The notes under the pieces are model-generated. The model did no database searches. It was not told the origin of the DNA and was given only the letters and a program-made list of their open reading frames with translations. Positions 59,128 through 64,000 of a DNA stretch of 64,000 nucleotides are shown here, piece after piece. How positions within the stretch are numbered: the stretch's first letter is position 1; each line of letters starts with the position of its first letter. The DNA is from Alphaproteobacteria bacterium (GTDB lineage: Bacteria > Pseudomonadota > Alphaproteobacteria > SP197): positions 3,904,001 through 3,968,000 of the forward strand of contig OZ245842.1 of NCBI GenBank assembly GCA_965228895.1, given 5' to 3'. A program made the position numbers and the translations under genes.

Positions 59128-60312
59128 CTAAGACGGTGGCAGGTCCAGGATCGCCTCGGCCATGGCGATGATGTCGGGGTAGTAACTGGCGTCGTAGCCT
59201 TCCGCGTCTTCCAGCACGCTGAAGAAGACAATGACGGTCCGGCTTGCCGGGTCGACCAGCAGATACTGGCCGCCGTAGCCGCCATGGCTGACCCAGCGGC
59301 CGTTCGTCATGAGCTGGTTGTGGTAGGTCAGGTCATCGCGATCTTCGTAGCGCGGCTGGCCCTGCTCCTTGAGCGTGCGTTCCAGAAATGCCGGACTGCC
59401 GACCATCTCACCGCTGACGCCGCGGCCACCGCGCGCGATCAGCCCGCCGTAGCGGGCGAGATCGCGCGCGGTCAGCGAGACGCCCCCCGCTATCACGGGC
59501 ACACCGTCGCAATCGGTCGAAATGTGGAAGGTGCCTTCGATGCCGGCGGCCTCGACGATATCCAGCACGTGATCACACAGGCTCTTGCCGCTGATCCGTT
59601 CGGCGATCCATCCGGCAATGTCGGTGTTCGGTGACTTGTATTGCGTCATGCCGGTCGTGTTGGTGATGTCGTCGCTCACCAGTTGGGCGGCAAACGCGCG
59701 GCAGCTGAACGGCTGCTCGCCGTCGGGCTGCAAGCGCCAGCCCATGGCGATCTCCTCGCGCCCGTAACCGACCGTGGCACCCGGCGTCGCGTTGAAGTGC
59801 CAGGGGTCGGCATAGTCCTCGTTGAAGTTGTTGATGACGTTCATATCGAGGACCTGCTGCACCGTCGCCTCGGCATAGCCACTGCCGACCTCGGGCAGGT
59901 AGTGCGAGACCTTGGCGTCGAGATCAATCAGACCGTCCTCAACCAGACGGCCGCACACCAGATGCATGGTCGTCTTGCTGATCGACTGGATGCTGTGCGG
60001 CCGGTCAGGCCCGAAGTCGGCGGCGTATTTTTCGAAGAACACGGTTTGATCGCGCACGACAACCATGCCGGAGAACATCGTCGATCCGGTCAGCTGGCGC
60101 ACCAGTGCCAAATCACCGATACGCCGGTCGATGACTTTGGTCAGCGGCAAAACGTTGGTGGCGCGAAGGCTCAGGCCGTAACGGGACAGCCGGTGGAGGT
60201 TGTGAAACCCCCACCGGCGTTTGTCCGGCCGGTTCCAGTTCGCCTGATTGCGCGCCTCGACGTCGAGGTCGGGATTGCGAACCGTCGTCAGCCCATGGTC
60301 GTCCGACGACAC
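59128..60312 (-). CDS. Serine hydrolase, class C beta-lactamase / NylB-like fold
   Basis: SISK (SxxK), YKSPNTD, LTARDLAR, HGGYGGQ. Confidence 0.85.
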   Translation of the reverse strand: MSSDDHGLTTVRNPDLDVEARNQANWNRPDKRRWGFHNLHRLSRYGLSLRATNVLPLTKVIDRRIGDLALVRQLTGSTMFSGMVVVRDQTVFFEKYAADFGPDRPHSIQSISKTTMHLVCGRLVEDGLIDLDAKVSHYLPEVGSGYAEATVQQVLDMNVINNFNEDYADPWHFNATPGATVGYGREEIAMGWRLQPDGEQPFSCRAFAAQLVSDDITNTTGMTQYKSPNTDIAGWIAERISGKSLCDHVLDIVEAAGIEGTFHISTDCDGVPVIAGGVSLTARDLARYGGLIARGGRGVSGEMVGSPAFLERTLKEQGQPRYEDRDDLTYHNQLMTNGRWVSHGGYGGQYLLVDPASRTVIVFFSVLEDAEGYDASYYPDIIAMAEAILDLPPS

Positions 60313-60321
60313 GGGCGGAGA

Positions 60322-61422
60322 CTAAAGACCCGCGCGGACGTCCTGGTACAGCGTTTCGTACTTGGCTTCGTACTCCGGATCCATCGCCGGGAAGAAGATC
60401 GTGTTCGCGATCAACGTCTCGGGATCGGAGAAGCCCAACTGGTCGAGGCGCTCCTGGGGCAGCATCTCGTATGCCGCCAGGTTGGCGCTGCCGTAGCCAT
60501 AGTTATCGATCAGCCAGGCACCGGATTCCGGCGAGATCCAGGCATCGATATAGGTGTAGACGGCATCCAGATCGGTCGCGTCCTTATGGATGATGAAACC
60601 GGAACCCCACGCGAAGACACCTTCCTTCGGCACCATGTAGCCGACCGGCACGCCTTCGTCCTGCAGGGTGACGAACGACTGGTTCCACGCATAGGCCGCA
60701 ACGACTTCGCCGTTGGCGATCGCCTGCTCCATCTCGGTCACGTCCGACCAGTAGAAGCGGGTGAGGTCGCGCTGCTTCGACATCAAACCCTGAACCTCGG
60801 CGAGCTGGTCGTCCGACAGGGTCCAGACGTTATCGTAGCCCAGCATCAACGCGGCGACGGCAACCGTCGCCACCGACGTGTCGTACCAAGCCAACCGATT
60901 GGCATAAGCATCGTCATAGAGGATCGCCCAGGAGTTATCGTTGATGTACTTCTGGTCAATCATGTCGGTGCGGTAGAGCAGCGACGAGTTGCCGAACTCC
61001 GCCGGCACGAAATAGCGGGTGTCGTCAAAGATAGAACCCGAGATGTCCTTGATGCCGGGCGCAATCGTGCCCCAGTTGCTGAGCCGGCTGGTGTCGATCG
61101 GCTGAATCAGTCCGGCGTCGACATAGCGCTGGATCATGTAGTTGCCGGGATGGATGAAGTCCGGTGCAAAGCCAGCGCGAATCTTCTCGAACGATTCGAT
61201 GTCGGACGCGATGTAGCTGAATTCCGGCGGCCCGCCGTACTTGTCGATGTAACCGCCCATCATCTCGGGCATGTCATAACCGGCCCATGTGTGGCCGGAG
61301 ATTTCGCCGGCCGCGCGGGCGCCGCGCGTCATCAGCGGCACGCTGACGATACTGACACCAAGCGCCGCGAGGTTCTTGGCCAACTCACGCCGGTCCATGA
61401 CCGGACCCTTTATCGTTTTCAT
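60322..61422 (-). CDS. PotD/PotF-family ABC substrate-binding protein with Tat-like signal
   Basis: MDRRELA twin-arginine signal, TWAGYD, LIQPIDTSRL, PKEG, AVYTYIDAWIS; GGGAGG SD. Confidence 0.85.
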   Translation of the reverse strand: MKTIKGPVMDRRELAKNLAALGVSIVSVPLMTRGARAAGEISGHTWAGYDMPEMMGGYIDKYGGPPEFSYIASDIESFEKIRAGFAPDFIHPGNYMIQRYVDAGLIQPIDTSRLSNWGTIAPGIKDISGSIFDDTRYFVPAEFGNSSLLYRTDMIDQKYINDNSWAILYDDAYANRLAWYDTSVATVAVAALMLGYDNVWTLSDDQLAEVQGLMSKQRDLTRFYWSDVTEMEQAIANGEVVAAYAWNQSFVTLQDEGVPVGYMVPKEGVFAWGSGFIIHKDATDLDAVYTYIDAWISPESGAWLIDNYGYGSANLAAYEMLPQERLDQLGFSDPETLIANTIFFPAMDPEYEAKYETLYQDVRAGL

Positions 61423-61549
61423 GTGATGCCTCCCCAGAAATGAGCAATCGGGCCGCCCGTCGGTGTCAGACCGACGCCCGCGACCCCGTGCGAACGCAAA
61501 CCCGACCGCCCCGTCGAGCAAGCTTCATGCTCGGGCCGGAGCGCCTTGG

Positions 61550-61594
61550 GCGTAAACGTAGAAAATAGTTTGCTACACGTAACGTCAGCTTCAC
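61550..61594 (-). promoter_or_regulatory. Conserved upstream motif, copy B
   Basis: GTGAAG-ctga-CGTTACG-N19-CGTTTACGC upstream of the SBP gene. Confidence 0.7.
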
Positions 61595-61611
61595 GCAAAA
61601 AAGCTTCGGGT

Positions 61612-63096
61612 TCAGCGCATCACGAACGGGTTGCCCATCGGCGCCGACGACGTGTTGATCCAGACCGTCTTCGGCCTTGTGTAGTCGTAGATCGCCTGGG
61701 CACCCGACTCGCGGCCATAACCGGAATCCTTGAAGCCGCCGAACTCGGCGATCGGCGACACCACCCGATAGGTGTTGATCCAGACAATGCCGGCGCGAAT
61801 CTGCTTTTGCACCCTGAGCGCCCTGGCGATGTCCTTGGTGAAGATGCCGGACGCCAGGCCGTACTTGGTATCGTTGGCCTTGGCGATCACCTCGTCCTCG
61901 TCCTTGAAACGCAGCACCGACAGCACCGGGCCGAACATCTCGGTGTCGACGATCTCCATCTTCTGGTCCGGACACTCGACGATGGTCGGCTCGTAGAACC
62001 AGCCGGCGTTCAAATGCGCCGGCTGTTTGCCGCCATGGTGGACGGTGCCGCCCTGCTCCTTCGCTCTGGCAACCTGTGTCTCGCACGCGTTGAGTTGGCC
62101 CAGGGTGCACAAAGGACCCATCTGGGTTTCCTCGGCCAGCGGATCACCGATCAGAATCTTTTCGGCGCGGCCCGTCAGGTCGGCCAGAAACGTGTCGTGG
62201 ATCTTCTCGTGCAGATAGATCCTGGAACCGGCAACGCAGCTTTGGCCGCTGGCGCCGAAGATGCTTGCCATCGAACCATTCACCGCGCTTTCAAGGTCCG
62301 CGTCGTCGAACACGACGACCGGCGACTTGCCGCCCAGTTCGAGCGACACCTCGGCGAAGTTTTCGGCCGAGTTGCGCACGATGTGCCGCGCCGTCTCGGG
62401 CCCGCCGGTGAAGCTGATGCGCGCGACCAGCGGGTGCGTCGTCAGCACACGACCGCACGGCTCGCCGAAGCCGGTGACGACGTTGACGACACCTTCGGGA
62501 AAGCCTGCTTCCTCGATCAGCTTGGCGAACTCCAGCATCGCGGCCGACGCGTGTTCCGACGCCTTCAAGACCACCGTGTTGCCGGCAGCCAGCGCCGGCC
62601 CGATCTTGACCGCGACCAGGAAGAGCTGGCTGTTCCACGGTACGACGGCTGCGATCACGCCGAGCGGTTCGCGTGTCGTGAAGACACAGAGGTCCGGCTT
62701 GTCGATCGGCAGCGTTTCGCCATGCACCTTGTCGGCAAGGCCGGCATAGAAGTGGAAGAACTCGGCGATGTACTTCGCCTGCCAGCGCGTTTCCTTCAGC
62801 ATCTTGCCGGTATCGATCGTCTCGGTGCGGCCCAATTCCTCCGACTTGTCGGCCAGAAGATCGCCCAGGCGGCGCAGGTACTTGCCGCGTTCGGTCGGTG
62901 TCATCGACGCCCACAGTCCTTCGCTGAACGCGCGGTGCGCGGCTTTGATGGCGCGGTCGACATCGTTTTCGGTCGCCGCCGGGATCTTCGCCCATACCGC
63001 GCCCGTCGACGGGTTGACACTGTCGAACATGCCGCCGTCTTCGGCGTCACACCACGCGCCGTCGATGAACATCTGATAGGATTTTGCTTCGCTCAT
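61612..63096 (-). CDS. Aldehyde dehydrogenase, TgnC-like
   Basis: PWNSQLFL.AVK, FTGGPETARHIVRNSAEN, ELGGKSP, GQSCVAGSR, C-terminal NPFVMR. Confidence 0.9.
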   Translation of the reverse strand: MSEAKSYQMFIDGAWCDAEDGGMFDSVNPSTGAVWAKIPAATENDVDRAIKAAHRAFSEGLWASMTPTERGKYLRRLGDLLADKSEELGRTETIDTGKMLKETRWQAKYIAEFFHFYAGLADKVHGETLPIDKPDLCVFTTREPLGVIAAVVPWNSQLFLVAVKIGPALAAGNTVVLKASEHASAAMLEFAKLIEEAGFPEGVVNVVTGFGEPCGRVLTTHPLVARISFTGGPETARHIVRNSAENFAEVSLELGGKSPVVVFDDADLESAVNGSMASIFGASGQSCVAGSRIYLHEKIHDTFLADLTGRAEKILIGDPLAEETQMGPLCTLGQLNACETQVARAKEQGGTVHHGGKQPAHLNAGWFYEPTIVECPDQKMEIVDTEMFGPVLSVLRFKDEDEVIAKANDTKYGLASGIFTKDIARALRVQKQIRAGIVWINTYRVVSPIAEFGGFKDSGYGRESGAQAIYDYTRPKTVWINTSSAPMGNPFVMR

Positions 63097-63200
63097 GACG
63101 CGACCTCCCCAACTCGATTCGTAAATGAACCTAGTGCACGTCTCCCGGTCGTGGCTAGATGTATGGACGGAACAGCACCATCAACGAAGGAACGATCGTC

Positions 63201-63590
63201 ATGTCGAAGGCAAAGGAAATCATCGGCGGGCCGCTGGTTATCGGCGGTCGAACGCTATCGCTGTCCAGGGCCGTGCGCGCCGGCGACATGGTCTATCTGA
63301 CCGGCCAGATTCCCATGAAGGACGGTGCGCCGATGACCGACGGCAGCATCGAAGACCAGACTCGCGTGACCCTCGACCTCATCACCGAAACCCTGAGCGA
63401 GGCCGGCTGCACGCGCGATGATGTCGTGAAGGCGATGGTCTGGCTGCGCGATGTCGAGGACTTCCCCGGCTTCAACAGCGTCTATGCCGAGTACTTCCCA
63501 AAAGACCCACCGGCCCGATCGGCGGTGCTGACCCAGTTGCTGGTCGACGTGAGGATCGAGATCGAGGTTGTCGTCTATAGCCCGCAGTAG
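63201..63590 (+). CDS. RidA/YjgF-family imine deaminase
   Basis: LSRAVRAGD, TGQIP, FNSVYAEYF...PPARS, IEIE; AAGGA SD. Confidence 0.9.
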   Translation: MSKAKEIIGGPLVIGGRTLSLSRAVRAGDMVYLTGQIPMKDGAPMTDGSIEDQTRVTLDLITETLSEAGCTRDDVVKAMVWLRDVEDFPGFNSVYAEYFPKDPPARSAVLTQLLVDVRIEIEVVVYSPQ

Positions 63591-63593
63591 GTG

Positions 63594-64000
63594 TCAACGC
63601 TGTGCCATCACCCAGTCGTGAAACCGTTGCGCGCCGGAACCCAGGCGCACGCCGCGTGGCGTGACCATGTAGACACCGTAGCCTTTCGACTGAACGGCCT
63701 TCATCGGGCGCACGAGGTCACCGCGCGCCAGGTGATGATCGACGATGTTGCTGAAACCCAGCGCCACGCCGTGGCCTTCGATGGCGGCCTGGATGATGTT
63801 GGCGTAGTTGTCGTAACCCAACGTGCGGAAGTTCGCCGGCAGTTTGACGCCGGCGCCTTCCAGCCACCACGTCCAGTCTTCGTCGGAATGCGGCGCGCCG
63901 TCCAGATTCAGGAGCGGCTGCGACAAGAGGTCGGCCGGCTTGGCGATGGGGCCCGCCGACTCCAAGAAATCCGGCGCGCAAACCGGGAACGTGTCGGTAT
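63594..64000 (-). CDS. LysR-family regulator, C-terminal part (cut by the window edge)
   Basis: FPVCAP..., W..WL, NIIQAAIEGHGVALG, GDLVRP: GcvA-type substrate-binding domain. Confidence 0.8.
   Translation of the reverse strand, partial: TDTFPVCAPDFLESAGPIAKPADLLSQPLLNLDGAPHSDEDWTWWLEGAGVKLPANFRTLGYDNYANIIQAAIEGHGVALGFSNIVDHHLARGDLVRPMKAVQSKGYGVYMVTPRGVRLGSGAQRFHDWVMAQR

Noticed and set aside
59128-60312. Beta-lactam resistance gene
   Set aside because: No signal peptide, and the NylB-like motifs and catabolic context point to an amidase or esterase.
63160-63168. TGTATGGAC resembling a HutC/GntR box between the ALDH and RidA genes
   Set aside because: Short, imperfect and single copy, with no GntR gene in the window; insufficient support.

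Overview
GC-rich (roughly 63-65% by eye) chromosomal segment from an alphaproteobacterium, Rhodospirillales-like by gene order. 4-17.6 kb is a conserved core block (clpB, DUF4167, prmC, prfA, hemA, hisS, ispG, rodZ, NMO/FabK-like, lysC, ubiG). The rest is mostly accessory metabolism. It includes a compact ArsR-type islet (24.66-27.56 kb) with two ArsI/CadI-like VOC paralogues, an SDR, a Nif11-leader-like peptide and a Cys-rich CMD/AhpD protein, but no arsenite pump or reductase. It also has an alpha-2-macroglobulin/pbpC pair, two reductase-less quaternary-amine-type Rieske oxygenases (one behind a BetI-like palindrome), a coupled btpA-pfkB-fetAB operon and hutU. A TgnB/TgnC-like cluster (N-methylpyridinium catabolism) has two transcription units sharing an identically spaced 45-bp upstream motif. 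Several REP/RIME-like palindromes lie in intergenic gaps. I saw no rRNA, tRNA, CRISPR array, transposase or phage gene. All product calls are from motif and family recognition by eye; no database search was run.
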